A DNA stretch of 53,887 nucleotides from a bacterium (GTDB taxonomy: Bacteria; RUG730; JBDRED01; JBHPKP01), in NCBI GenBank assembly GCA_042566505.1, contig JBHPKP010000003.1, forward strand, positions 1 to 53,887. The letters run 5' to 3'. Position 1 is the stretch's first letter; every line of letters begins with the position of its first letter. The notes below the pieces were generated by a model. It searched no databases. It was given only the letters and a program-made list of their open reading frames with translations, and was not told where the DNA came from. The translations under genes were made by a program, and so were the position numbers. Shown one piece after another: positions 27,850-38,238 of the stretch.

Positions 27850-28602
27850 CTAAACTTTTACAAATTCTTTATTTTCATCAATAATTTGTTCACTTTCATA
27901 TTGAACTTTATAAATTCTAATATTTTGATACGAACCGGTTTGCATTACACTTACTTTTTTCAATTTAATAAGTTCAAGCAGTGCTAAAAACGTTACGATA
28001 AGTTCTATTTTTGTGAAGGTGTCAAAAAGTTCTGAAACATTTATATAATCTTGTTCACTCAAAGTATTCATTATAAATTCCATTTTTTCTTCGACTGTAA
28101 CAGTTTCGGCAAAAATTTCCTTTTCAGTTTTCTCTTGAAATTTGGAGCATGCAAACTTAAACGCTTCAACAAGATCAAAGATCGTACTAGTTACTTCATA
28201 ATCCATATTTTCTTTATCAAATGAAACAGTCTCTCTGTAAAAATAATCACTTTGATTCTGCTCATATACTTTAAGATCATTTGCAGCTTCTTTAAATTTT
28301 TGATATTCAATCAAGCGCATTTTAAGCGTATCTTCGTTATATTCTTCTTGCTCATCCTCCTCAACAATTCCATGGTCAGGTAAAAGGGACTTTGATTTTA
28401 TTCGCATAAGAGTTGCAGCCATAACTATAAAGTCACCGGCAAGTTCAATATTCATAAGTTTTATAAGATTAATATATTCTAAATATTCATTTGTTATATC
28501 AGAAATTTTTATATCATGAATGTTTAGATCATTCTTTTTTATTAAATATAAAAGCAGGTCAAGCGGTCCTTCAAAAATATCTAATTTAACCTGGTATTTC
28601 AT
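27850..28602 (-). CDS. scpA: Segregation/condensation protein A
   Basis: FEGPLDLLLYLI, MAATLMRIKSKSLLP, VTFLALLEL; ATG 28602 after GGAG. Confidence 0.93.
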   Translation of the reverse strand: MKYQVKLDIFEGPLDLLLYLIKKNDLNIHDIKISDITNEYLEYINLIKLMNIELAGDFIVMAATLMRIKSKSLLPDHGIVEEDEQEEYNEDTLKMRLIEYQKFKEAANDLKVYEQNQSDYFYRETVSFDKENMDYEVTSTIFDLVEAFKFACSKFQEKTEKEIFAETVTVEEKMEFIMNTLSEQDYINVSELFDTFTKIELIVTFLALLELIKLKKVSVMQTGSYQNIRIYKVQYESEQIIDENKEFVKV

Positions 28603-28619
28603 AAAATTCTCCAAATTAT

Positions 28620-29603
28620 CTAATAATTAATTTTTATTGCTTCGCGGACTTCTTTGATAGTTTTTTCTGCAATTTCGCTCGCTTTTTCTTCGCCATTTTT
28701 TACGATTTCCCATACATGGTCAGAATTTTTGCATAGCTCCACACGTTTTTTTCTAATAGGTGCAAGGGTATCATTAATTTCTTCCGAAATATTTCTTTTA
28801 CATTCCACACAACCTATTTGAGCAGTGGTGCATTTTCTTACAAGATCAGTATCTTTTCCGAATATTGATATGTATAGGTTATAAACACTACAAATTTTTG
28901 GATTGCCCGGATCACTTTTTTTTATGCGATCAGGGTCTGTTATCATTTGTGAAATTTTTGAAGCGGTAGTGTCTTTATCATCGGAAATGTAGATACTATT
29001 ATCATAACTTTTACTCATTTTACGACCATCTATGCCTATTAATTTTGGTGTATTTGTAAGTACAGCCTGTGGTTCGGGAAATATATCTGTTTTGTATATA
29101 TGGTGAAATCTACGAATGATTTCGCGTGTAAGTTCTAGGTGCGCTAATTGGTCATCTCCAACCGGGACAAAGTTAGCTTTGTACATAATAATGTCAGCTG
29201 TTTGGAGTACGGGATATCCCAGAAAACCATGTGTTGATATGTTACGATTCTGAATTTCCTGTAACATCTCTTTATAGGTTGGACACCTTTCTAGCCAACC
29301 GATAGGAGTTATCATGCTTAAAAGTAGATACAACTCAGCATGGGGTTTAATATCTGACTGAACAAAAATTGTAGCTTTTTCAGGATCAACACCACATGCA
29401 AGCCAATCACATATCATTCCATATGTATATTCTTTAATATTTTCAGTTTTTTCATATTCAGTTGTAAGAGCGTGCCAGTCAGCTACAAAATAAAAACAGT
29501 CATGAACTTTTTGAAGTCTTACCCAGTTATTTAACGCACCAAGCCAGTGACCTAAATGCAATTTTCCACTAGGTCTCATGCCTGATAAAACACGTTTTTT
29601 CAT
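28620..29603 (-). CDS. trpS: Tryptophan--tRNA ligase
   Basis: SGMRPSGKLHLGH, YPVLQTADI, VPVGDDQ, KMSKS. Confidence 0.96.
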   Translation of the reverse strand: MKKRVLSGMRPSGKLHLGHWLGALNNWVRLQKVHDCFYFVADWHALTTEYEKTENIKEYTYGMICDWLACGVDPEKATIFVQSDIKPHAELYLLLSMITPIGWLERCPTYKEMLQEIQNRNISTHGFLGYPVLQTADIIMYKANFVPVGDDQLAHLELTREIIRRFHHIYKTDIFPEPQAVLTNTPKLIGIDGRKMSKSYDNSIYISDDKDTTASKISQMITDPDRIKKSDPGNPKICSVYNLYISIFGKDTDLVRKCTTAQIGCVECKRNISEEINDTLAPIRKKRVELCKNSDHVWEIVKNGEEKASEIAEKTIKEVREAIKINY

Positions 29604-29612
29604 TTTTTACTC

Positions 29613-30245
29613 CTATAAGATTAAGGAAACTATTTTGAAAATTGAAAAATAAATATTTTCAACAAGAAAGCTAAAAATTACTCTAAAAAAATGAGTGTTA
29701 ATGATCACAATTAAAATTATAAAGCTAAATGGTCGTATTTTTTCATACATTCTTTTTAGCTGAATGGGTAAAAAGACATACAAAAACTGAGAACCATCAA
29801 GCGGTGGCAAAGGCAAAAGATTGAATATAAAAAAAACAATATTTATTTGAACCATGTAAATAAGGATCTTACTTAAATATATATCTTTGGTAAATTTATT
29901 AATTATAGCAAAAAATAATGCGCTAATAAATGCAAAACATATATTTGATAATGGTCCTGCAAGTGATACTATAATAAGGCCTTTTTTTCTGTTTCTGAAA
30001 TTATTTGGATTTATTGGAACAGGTTTTGCCCAAGCAAAAATGAAACCAGCTTTTGTGACAATAAGAACTAAAGGTATTAGAATTGTTCCTATAATATCGA
30101 TATGTACCAATGGGTTTAAGGTTAGTCTACCCATTAAACGTGCTGTATGATCACCGTTTTTTAACGCAGCAAAACCATGAGCTATTTCATGTATTACAAC
30201 AGATAAAAAAACTATTGGTATGATTAAAATTATATCGCTTGTCAT
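29613..30245 (-). CDS. Site-2 protease (M50) family protein
   Basis: HEIAHG, GRLTLNP, AGPLSN, FNLLPLPPLDG. Confidence 0.92.
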   Translation of the reverse strand: MTSDIILIIPIVFLSVVIHEIAHGFAALKNGDHTARLMGRLTLNPLVHIDIIGTILIPLVLIVTKAGFIFAWAKPVPINPNNFRNRKKGLIIVSLAGPLSNICFAFISALFFAIINKFTKDIYLSKILIYMVQINIVFFIFNLLPLPPLDGSQFLYVFLPIQLKRMYEKIRPFSFIILIVIINTHFFRVIFSFLVENIYFSIFKIVSLIL

Positions 30246-30296
30246 ATTTATTTTCTCATATATTAATAAAGAATTTCGAAGGGAATTCGTAATATA

Positions 30297-32873
30297 TTAG
30301 TTTTTCAAATACTTGTCAATTACATAGGATATCTCGTCCTGTTTGGTTATGATTTTCCCATCTATTTTATTATGCAAAATTTCACGCAATATTTTCTTGA
30401 ATATTTTGCCTTGTTCAATTCCTAATTTTTTTAGTGCGTGTCCATCAATGTGGACTTTTATAGATTTATATTTAGTGATATATGAAAATATATTCTTTAA
30501 GTAAGTTGTGTTGTCAGTTAATGAGGCTGCATATATAAGTATTTCTATTTGAATAGTACTTGCAATTGAGTAGATTTCACTGGGTGTTAGATTCTTTTTA
30601 CTAAGTTTTTCCACAATTGATTTACTAATAGATTTGGCCTTAATAAAAAATTTCTTCTCATTTTTTGTTAAAACAAGCTCATGGGAAACTTTTTCTCGTT
30701 CTTTTACTGACAAATCTTCACAAATTATGAGAAGGTATATTAGCCACAAGTTATATGTATGTTCAGAGATGTATATATAAGAAATAAAAATGATGTGATT
30801 TATTTTATGCAAATATTTTATTATCTTTGGAGTTAATTCAATTTTGTTATGAATATGCTTAAGAATCTTATACTTATCCATAGTTTTTATGATTTTTAAA
30901 ATATTTATTTCGCCAAATAGTATCTCAATTTCATTTTTTAGCCTTTTTGGACTTATTGTTTTCTGTATATTATTATCTAACGCATTATATAAGAGTTTTT
31001 TTGTGTGAGTTTTGTATGTGAAACCAAATCTTGTGGCAAATCTTAGGGCTCTATAAATGCGGGTAGGATCATCTAAAAAACTTAAGTTATGCAAAACCTC
31101 AACTTTTTTATTTACCAAATCGCTGCGTCCACCAAAAGGATCTACAATGCAGCCATAATGCTTTTTACTAAGTGCGATTGCCATAGCATTAATAGTGAAA
31201 TCACGTCTCTTTAAATCTGTCATAATATTCCCTTCTTGGATTTCCGGTAATGACCCTGGAAATGGATATGTTTCGATTCTCGTTGTTGCTATATCAATTT
31301 CTATTTTTGAATCTATTGTGAGCTTGGCTGTTCTGAAACGTGGGAATATTTTTAAGTCTGCATTAATTTTTTTTGCCAATTTTTTAGCAAATTCTATTCC
31401 ATCGCCTTTATCGATAACAATGTCCAAGTCAAAAACAGGATTTTGAAGCAATATGTCGCGCACTGGACCACCAACAAGATAGGGGCTGAAATGTTCACTC
31501 TCTGCGATCATAGATATATGTTTTAGGATATTAATAATTCTCTTATTGAAAACTCCATGAAGAGCTTTATCCAAATTGATTTTGCCATAGAACTTTACTT
31601 GTTCTCCAATGACTTTATAAACATCTTTTTGCAGCAATAAATGGTAAGTGTTTTTTTTAGAATTTTTAACAATAAAAGGGTTATGAAGATTTTTATTGTA
31701 AATATATTGATAAGCATTATGAAAAGTATTATTGGAACTTAAAACCTTTGTTTTGTTTGGAAGTAAGTCTAATGAAATTTTGATTTTATGAAGTTTTAAA
31801 TATTCTAGCTCATTTTTACTAAACAATGTGAATTTATTATTGATTTTTGTAATAAACAACTTTTCAGATAAATTCAATTTTACTGGTAATTTTGTTCTAA
31901 CTTTTATTACAGGAAAATTAAAATATTCTAAATTTATATTAGCTACAACCTTATTTAAATAATGCTTTTTTAACTCTGAAATCAGGTCAAACAAATTCCA
32001 ATTTCGTACAATTGTTGAACCAGCTGTTTTGTGTCCTCCTCCACCAAAATGATGAATGGTATCTATAATAGGGAACATTTTATGCTGACTTCGTGAGATT
32101 ACAAATATTTTTTCTCTATGTTCAAAAAACACAAAGCATGCAGTAAAATTATTGCAATCTCTATAGCAGTGTACTATTGATGATAGTTCTTGTAGTTCTG
32201 ATTTTAATTTAACATATGAAAATGCAATTGTTTTATCACCCAAACTGATTACTTCTTGGTTTTGTTGAAGGTTTTCTAGAATAGTCTTTTGTTTTTGGTT
32301 GAGATTTATACATACATATTTTTCCAATATAGCTTTCGGGATTTTGGTGATTTTTTTTAATTTTTGGATAGTTTGAATATCGTTTTTTGTTGTTGATGGG
32401 TATTTAAGCATGCCTGTATCTTCGTAAATACCTAGCATAAGTAGTAAAATTTCATTTTTTGTGAAAGTAATAGAAGGTTTTTTAAATATTTTTTCTAAAA
32501 TTATGCTAGTTGTTGAACCCTGTTTTTTTAGATATGTTTTTGTTGTGTTTAAAAGTATTGGTGAGTCTGTATGATGATCAAAAATAATAATCTCAGTTTT
32601 GTCGGTTATATATTGATAAATAAAATGAGCATTTCTATCAATTGTTGTAGTGTCCACTAAAACTAACTTTGTTAGGTTTTGTAATCGTTTATTCTTTTGA
32701 TCTTCAATGATTTTGTAATCTAATATATCTGGAAATTTTTTTAGAAAATCTTTGGTACTTTTTTCACTCTTTTTGGATAGTAAAATTGCTGCATTTGGAA
32801 AGAGTTTTTTTGCGCATAATGCAGAAGCCAACGCATCAAAATCATAATGCGCATGTGTAATAATAATTTTCAT
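30297..32873 (-). CDS. cca: tRNA nucleotidyltransferase (CCA- or A-adding) with N-terminal DHH/DHHA1 domain
   Basis: H..DFDA, DHH, EDTG, GGGH..A; VGGPVRD, DLDI, RRDFTINAMA, DDPTRIYRALRF. Confidence 0.8.
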   Translation of the reverse strand: MKIIITHAHYDFDALASALCAKKLFPNAAILLSKKSEKSTKDFLKKFPDILDYKIIEDQKNKRLQNLTKLVLVDTTTIDRNAHFIYQYITDKTEIIIFDHHTDSPILLNTTKTYLKKQGSTTSIILEKIFKKPSITFTKNEILLLMLGIYEDTGMLKYPSTTKNDIQTIQKLKKITKIPKAILEKYVCINLNQKQKTILENLQQNQEVISLGDKTIAFSYVKLKSELQELSSIVHCYRDCNNFTACFVFFEHREKIFVISRSQHKMFPIIDTIHHFGGGGHKTAGSTIVRNWNLFDLISELKKHYLNKVVANINLEYFNFPVIKVRTKLPVKLNLSEKLFITKINNKFTLFSKNELEYLKLHKIKISLDLLPNKTKVLSSNNTFHNAYQYIYNKNLHNPFIVKNSKKNTYHLLLQKDVYKVIGEQVKFYGKINLDKALHGVFNKRIINILKHISMIAESEHFSPYLVGGPVRDILLQNPVFDLDIVIDKGDGIEFAKKLAKKINADLKIFPRFRTAKLTIDSKIEIDIATTRIETYPFPGSLPEIQEGNIMTDLKRRDFTINAMAIALSKKHYGCIVDPFGGRSDLVNKKVEVLHNLSFLDDPTRIYRALRFATRFGFTYKTHTKKLLYNALDNNIQKTISPKRLKNEIEILFGEINILKIIKTMDKYKILKHIHNKIELTPKIIKYLHKINHIIFISYIYISEHTYNLWLIYLLIICEDLSVKEREKVSHELVLTKNEKKFFIKAKSISKSIVEKLSKKNLTPSEIYSIASTIQIEILIYAASLTDNTTYLKNIFSYITKYKSIKVHIDGHALKKLGIEQGKIFKKILREILHNKIDGKIITKQDEISYVIDKYLKN

Positions 32874-32880
32874 AATTTGC

Positions 32881-33228
32881 TTACTTTTTTGATTCCAACT
32901 TTGATTGGCATTCTATGCAGTGTCTTGCAAATGGCATTGCTTGTAATCTTGGCTTAGAAATCTTTTTTGTACATGTTTCACATGTGCCAAATTTGCCTGC
33001 ATCAATTTTTTGAATTGCTTCTTCAATATCATAAAGCATTTGACGCTCATTATCATTGAGTTCAAATAAAATTTCTTTTTCAAATGAATTTGTAGCAATA
33101 TCAATCACATCCCCAACTTCAGCTTCAGGATGTTCACCTTTTTTGTGACTTTTATTTACAAGAGACATTAAGTCCTCTTTTTTTTCTAAAAGTTTTTTTT
33201 GGATTTTTGCGATTTCTTTTTGATTCAT
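32881..33228 (-). CDS. dksA: TraR/DksA-family zinc-finger protein
   Basis: D..D.A, CETC...RLQAMPFA..CIECQ. Confidence 0.8.
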   Translation of the reverse strand: MNQKEIAKIQKKLLEKKEDLMSLVNKSHKKGEHPEAEVGDVIDIATNSFEKEILFELNDNERQMLYDIEEAIQKIDAGKFGTCETCTKKISKPRLQAMPFARHCIECQSKLESKK

Positions 33229-33253
33229 AATTTCCTCCTTTCAAACTAGCTTT

Positions 33254-33283
33254 ATTATAACCGTTTTTACGATACAAAAACAA
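33254..33283 (-). promoter_or_regulatory. Putative promoter of dksA
   Basis: TTGTTT-18 bp-TATAAT on the minus strand, upstream of an AAGGAGG RBS. Confidence 0.35.
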
Positions 33284-33325
33284 GTTATTAGTACCTCTAA
33301 TAAATAAACATATTTCTAGAAAAAT

Positions 33326-34786
33326 TCAATCAAATTTTACAACTTTTATAGTATTTAAATATTTTGTTTCTTGCCCGCTTATACGTATACTTTTTGCACT
33401 TAAACTTTTCAGATAATCACAGATTTCTTGTGTGATACGTTCACCGGGTATAATTATTGGTATACCGGGTGGATATGGTGTTAGTGTTTGCGCACTGATA
33501 TAGCCCGTGGCCTTTGAAATTGGAATATTTTTAGTTTTATCCGAAAGAAATATTTCTCTTGGTGCCAATACCATTTCAGTTGTTAAGGATGGCAACATAA
33601 ACTCCCAATTTTTTAATTCACCCGAATGATTTTCTTCAACATCACTCAATGCTTCAACTAATGCTTTTATATCTTTTCTGGAAGTTCCAATACCCAAAAT
33701 TGCAATTAAATTAAAAATATCAGCGCAGTCAACTTGTACAAAATAGTCTTTTGCGAGTATTTCTGCAACTTTTTGACCATCAAGACCTGTTTTTGTAACA
33801 TTTATAGTCAACTTAGTAACATCCAGATCATAGCCGCGCTTTTTTATATCTTTGCGTTTAAATGAAAAGAATTTTTCAAATTTTGAGATACTATTTTGGG
33901 CAAACTCAGCATTTCGAACCATTTTATTTACTAAATTCTCACCTTTCAGAGCCATCTGTCTTCTGGCTAAATCAAGGCTTGAAAGTATTAAATAATTTGG
34001 ACTTGTACTCTGTAGGATTGATACAACTTTTTCTACTCTATGAAAATCTATTGCATCTGTATTGTAATGCAAAACAGATCCTTGAGCCAAACATGATAAG
34101 GTTTTGTGAGTGCTTTGAACTACTAGGTCAGCACCTGCTTCAATTGCTGAAATCGGTAAATCATTATGAAACTTTAGGTGTGCACCGTGTGCTTCATCAA
34201 CTAAGAGCAGTTTCCCATGTGAATGTACTATTTCAGCGATTTTTTTAATATCAGTGCAAATGCCGTTGTAAGTTGGATTTGTCACGAAAACAGCTTTAGC
34301 TTCTGGGAATTCCTGGATTGCCTTTTCAATCTGTTCCGCTGAACTATCGAAAAAAACATCCAGATCATCATTTAGTTTAGGTTGAATCCAGATTGGCCAA
34401 ACTCCACTCAAGATTATTCCGCTCATTGCAGATTTATGCGCATTTCTTGAGATAATTACACTGTCACCGGGATTGCAGGCAGCTAAAAACATTGCTTCAT
34501 TTCCAATTGTTGACCCATTAATTAGAAAAAATGTATGTTTGCTGCCATATAGCTCGGAAAATAATCTTTGGGCTTCTCCAATATGAGATGATGGATCATG
34601 TAAAGAATCAACTTCCGGAAATACAGTTATATCCATATTGAATACATTTTTTCCCACATATTTTTTGAAGATCGGGTCAATTGAGGCACCGTTTTTGTGT
34701 CCCGGTGTATGAAATGAAGTCACGGAATTTTTTGCATGTTTTAAAACCGCGTCAAATAATGGTGTTTTTTCTTGTCCTGATGGCAT
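33326..34786 (-). CDS. Orn/Lys/Arg decarboxylase (fold type I PLP), probable arginine decarboxylase
   Basis: FHTPGHK, NGST, RNAHKS, DEAHGAH, QSTHKT, PYPPGIP; in an operon with speD/speE. Confidence 0.88.
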   Translation of the reverse strand: MPSGQEKTPLFDAVLKHAKNSVTSFHTPGHKNGASIDPIFKKYVGKNVFNMDITVFPEVDSLHDPSSHIGEAQRLFSELYGSKHTFFLINGSTIGNEAMFLAACNPGDSVIISRNAHKSAMSGIILSGVWPIWIQPKLNDDLDVFFDSSAEQIEKAIQEFPEAKAVFVTNPTYNGICTDIKKIAEIVHSHGKLLLVDEAHGAHLKFHNDLPISAIEAGADLVVQSTHKTLSCLAQGSVLHYNTDAIDFHRVEKVVSILQSTSPNYLILSSLDLARRQMALKGENLVNKMVRNAEFAQNSISKFEKFFSFKRKDIKKRGYDLDVTKLTINVTKTGLDGQKVAEILAKDYFVQVDCADIFNLIAILGIGTSRKDIKALVEALSDVEENHSGELKNWEFMLPSLTTEMVLAPREIFLSDKTKNIPISKATGYISAQTLTPYPPGIPIIIPGERITQEICDYLKSLSAKSIRISGQETKYLNTIKVVKFD

Positions 34787-34795
34787 GTATATACT

Positions 34796-35713
34796 CTATT
34801 TATAAAAGAAACGAGGATTTTTTTTACTAAGGACATTGCGTTCTTTTTTTAATATTTCTCTTATATATTTTGGTAAATTAAATGAATGAAGATGACTTAT
34901 TCCATCGTAAAATCTTAATTTCCCTTTAATTCGTTTAGTTATGAGAGCATCTATTTGTTTAGGCTGCATTTTTAATGGATTTTGTTTTTCTGTTTGAGTG
35001 GCAATAATAAATGCCCAAGGTACATCAAATGATGATACAAATGCATTGAATGAAAAAACTTTTTTGAAAACTTTGCTAAGCGTATTAAATATCATAGAGT
35101 GCATTTTGATCTGTGGGCTAGCACATGAGGCAGCTTGCAGCACAAATAAGCCGTTTTTTGATAATTTTGTTTTGAGCATTGAATAAAATTCTTTAGTATA
35201 TAATTGCCATGCAGGTGTATTTTCAATAGGGCATGATAGATCTGATATGATGACATCGAATTTTTCATTTGTGTTTTCCAAAAAGACCTTTGCATCATCA
35301 ATGATAATTTTAGAGCGTTTGTCGTTAAATGAGTTTGCATGCCAATCTTTTAAATGTTTTTTGCAAAAATCCACAACTTCGCCATCTATATCAATCATTT
35401 TTACGTTTATAACACTTTTATGTTTTAAAACTTCTTTGAGCGTGGCGCCTTCTCCACCACCCAAGATTGCAATCGTTTTTGGATTTGGATGAAGAAGCAT
35501 GGCCGGATGTACCAATGATTCGTGATATATAAATTCGTCACTTTTGGATGATTGTAGTTCTCCGTCTAAAACTAGGCATCTATCAAATGTATATGTGTCA
35601 ACTATTGCTGCATTTTGAAATTTGGTCTTTTTTTTAACAATTATTTTTTTGATTTTGTGGGAATGTTTCTTTTCTGGAGTAAAATACTCGTTTAGCCACG
35701 TTTCTTTTTTCAT
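34796..35713 (-). CDS. speE: Polyamine aminopropyltransferase (spermidine synthase)
   Basis: LDGELQS..DEFIYHESLVHP, LGGGEGA, DIDGEVV, FDVIISD. Confidence 0.93.
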   Translation of the reverse strand: MKKETWLNEYFTPEKKHSHKIKKIIVKKKTKFQNAAIVDTYTFDRCLVLDGELQSSKSDEFIYHESLVHPAMLLHPNPKTIAILGGGEGATLKEVLKHKSVINVKMIDIDGEVVDFCKKHLKDWHANSFNDKRSKIIIDDAKVFLENTNEKFDVIISDLSCPIENTPAWQLYTKEFYSMLKTKLSKNGLFVLQAASCASPQIKMHSMIFNTLSKVFKKVFSFNAFVSSFDVPWAFIIATQTEKQNPLKMQPKQIDALITKRIKGKLRFYDGISHLHSFNLPKYIREILKKERNVLSKKNPRFFYK

Positions 35714-35758
35714 TATATAAAACCTCCAGGTAAATTATTTAGAAAATAGAAAGGAATG

Positions 35759-36151
35759 TTACTTTTCAACCTTATGTTTCAATGGTTTATTCTTACTTTG
35801 GTTTTTTAATATGCCTCTTTTCATTTCCATGACATTTGCACTTTTTGCTTTGAACATCTTTTCCATATAATTAAAAGCTTTCCACGGATCAACTATATCG
35901 CCGCATGTGTAAATATCAATAGAAGCATAATTATATTCAGGCCAGGTGTGTATTGCTAAGTGTGATTCTGCAATAACAATAACTCCACTAACTCCAAAGG
36001 GATTAAAAGAATGAAAAATAACATCAACAATATGCGCATCTGTAGTTTGTGCTGCTTCAACCATAATTTTTTCAACACTTTTAACATCTGTGATTGATTT
36101 ATGGTTGCAATCGTACAATTCTACAATTAAATGTTTTCCGAGTGATTCCAT
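35759..36151 (-). CDS. speD: S-adenosylmethionine decarboxylase proenzyme
   Basis: LGKHL, GVSGV.VIAESHLAIHTWPE, DIYTCG. Confidence 0.95.
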   Translation of the reverse strand: MESLGKHLIVELYDCNHKSITDVKSVEKIMVEAAQTTDAHIVDVIFHSFNPFGVSGVIVIAESHLAIHTWPEYNYASIDIYTCGDIVDPWKAFNYMEKMFKAKSANVMEMKRGILKNQSKNKPLKHKVEK

Positions 36152-36183
36152 GACATTGTCCTCAAAATTAAAAATATTTTGGT

Positions 36184-36212
36184 ATATTAAAAAAAAACGT
36201 ATAAATTGTCAA
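36184..36212 (-). promoter_or_regulatory. Putative sigma70 promoter of the polyamine operon
   Basis: TTGACA-17 bp-TAATAT on the minus strand, 32 bp upstream of speD. Confidence 0.55.
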
Positions 36213-36265
36213 TGTTTTCTTTAGCTTTTTCCGAGTTAGAAGTATATTTTTGCGTGTATTTTTGA

Positions 36266-37609
36266 TTAGAAGCAACAGACTTTGTTTCTTCCGGTTCTTT
36301 TTGCTTTATAGAGTGCCTTGTCTGCGTGTTCGATCATTTCATAAATATCCTGTTTTTCCTTATCATCTTCAAGTCCAATGCTTACAGTTATACAGCATTC
36401 TTTATGAATTAAATTTCTCAAGTGTTCTGCTCTTTTTAGTGCTTTTTTCTTGTCAGTCATTGAGAATATCAGTACAAATTCTTCTCCACCATATCGTGCT
36501 AAAATATCAGTTTCCCTTATATTATTTTTCAAAACTTGAGATACTGCTCGTAAAATTTGATCACCTCGTAAATGTCCATAGCTATCATTATATTTTTTGA
36601 AAAAATCAATATCTAACATAATTAATGAAAATTCCTGCTCAAATTTTCTAGCTCTTTGAAATTCTTCTGTACAGATTTCTTTAAAATAACGTTTATTATA
36701 TACATTAGTTAAACTGTCGGTTATCACAAGATCTTGTACTTTTTTGAATAGTCTTCTATTTGTTGTGGCAATTGATGCAAGGTCAGAAATAATATTAATG
36801 ATACGTAAATCTTCCTCGCGAAAAATATTTGTGTTTGGGTTTCCGATTTTGATAAGTCTGGATATTTTTCCATTATCCCAGATGGGCACAACTATAACGG
36901 ATTTATAAAAGGAGTTAGTGGTTTTACTAGATGAGAATCTGTAGTCATTATTAAGATTTCTGACAAGAAGTGGTAGGTTATTTAATAAAACCCATTTAGT
37001 AAAAATGTCATCGTGTTCATCTATGTTTTTAATCTGTATGTCACTTTTGACAATGATTTCATTGATACTTAATATAACTTGATTATATATTTCTTTTCTG
37101 GAAAGCATACCATTAAACATGTTGGCTAAATTACTTAAGTAATAATATTTTTCGAGTCTGTCTTTGAGTGATAGGAGCTGTTCAGTATCCTTTTTGTAAC
37201 CTAGGTCTTCTGCTGTTTTGTCTTTGTCAATCATTTCAAATACAAGTTCAGTTCTTTGTTTTATACTTATGTCCCTTTTATAATACTTGCTGAGTACATA
37301 TATACAGGTAACAAATAAAGTTACCGTTACAAAAATCCAAAATCTTTCATAAGTTGGTGTAAAAACAGTGGTGATAAGTACAATTGTGCAAAAAATTACA
37401 GTTATGACTATTGATGCAAAAAATCCATAAATATAGTGAAACAATATTATAAAAAATAAGAAAAATGGGAATATTAATACATGATTCTGATTAAATGTTA
37501 ATATGTCATAAAAAATATACAGAAAGAAAGCTAAAAGGATTATTGGCAGCACAATGAAGCGAAACAAAGTAAAAAACTTTAAATATAATATTTTATTTTC
37601 AGTTTTCAT
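36266..37609 (-). CDS. Membrane-anchored GAF-GGDEF diguanylate cyclase
   Basis: N-terminal TM helices; GAF-like segment; TDSLT, DIDFFK.YND.YGH..GD, RETD I-site, RYGGEEF. Confidence 0.9.
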   Translation of the reverse strand: MKTENKILYLKFFTLFRFIVLPIILLAFFLYIFYDILTFNQNHVLIFPFFLFFIILFHYIYGFFASIVITVIFCTIVLITTVFTPTYERFWIFVTVTLFVTCIYVLSKYYKRDISIKQRTELVFEMIDKDKTAEDLGYKKDTEQLLSLKDRLEKYYYLSNLANMFNGMLSRKEIYNQVILSINEIIVKSDIQIKNIDEHDDIFTKWVLLNNLPLLVRNLNNDYRFSSSKTTNSFYKSVIVVPIWDNGKISRLIKIGNPNTNIFREEDLRIINIISDLASIATTNRRLFKKVQDLVITDSLTNVYNKRYFKEICTEEFQRARKFEQEFSLIMLDIDFFKKYNDSYGHLRGDQILRAVSQVLKNNIRETDILARYGGEEFVLIFSMTDKKKALKRAEHLRNLIHKECCITVSIGLEDDKEKQDIYEMIEHADKALYKAKRTGRNKVCCF

Positions 37610-37620
37610 AAAACCACTTA

Positions 37621-38238
37621 TTAACTAATTTTTTGTTTAAGAATGTGTTCCCAAAAATATAAGACTTTATCTCTTAATGAAATTTTATCGGCATTATTGT
37701 CAATGATATAATCAGCTTTAGAAACTTTTTTATCTTGTGAAAATTGTTCTTTTAAAAAGAATTCGAATGTAGAGGTTGACCAGTCTCTACTTTTGATCCT
37801 CTTTTGAATTATTTTTTTGTCACAGGTTACAACGATACTATAGTCAGACTTTTCCTCTAACCCTTTTTCAAACAATAACGGGATTTCAATAACTGCAATT
37901 TTGTTTTGTAATTTAAATAATTCAATTTTTGAAATAATTTTTTTTATTATAAATTTATGGGTTATGGTATTTAAAGTATCTAATTTTGTTTTGTCACGAA
38001 CAAGTTTTCTAATTTTAGTGCGATCAATTTCTTTTTTATCGTCTAAAATATCATTTTGAAAGGCTGCAAAAAGTGAATTGTATAGTTCATTATTTTTTTT
38101 ATACCCATCCCTGCAAATCTGATCTGCGCTTAATGTTTGTGCGCCTAAATTTTTGAAACAATCTAATACTGTAGATTTTCCAGATCCAATTATCCCGGTC
38201 AGACCAATGATAAATGATTTCTTTATGTTTATTTTCAT
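37621..38238 (-). CDS. coaE: Dephospho-CoA kinase
   Basis: IGLTGIIGSGKST, EIPLLFE, ADYIIDN; follows polA. Confidence 0.92.
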   Translation of the reverse strand: MKINIKKSFIIGLTGIIGSGKSTVLDCFKNLGAQTLSADQICRDGYKKNNELYNSLFAAFQNDILDDKKEIDRTKIRKLVRDKTKLDTLNTITHKFIIKKIISKIELFKLQNKIAVIEIPLLFEKGLEEKSDYSIVVTCDKKIIQKRIKSRDWSTSTFEFFLKEQFSQDKKVSKADYIIDNNADKISLRDKVLYFWEHILKQKIS

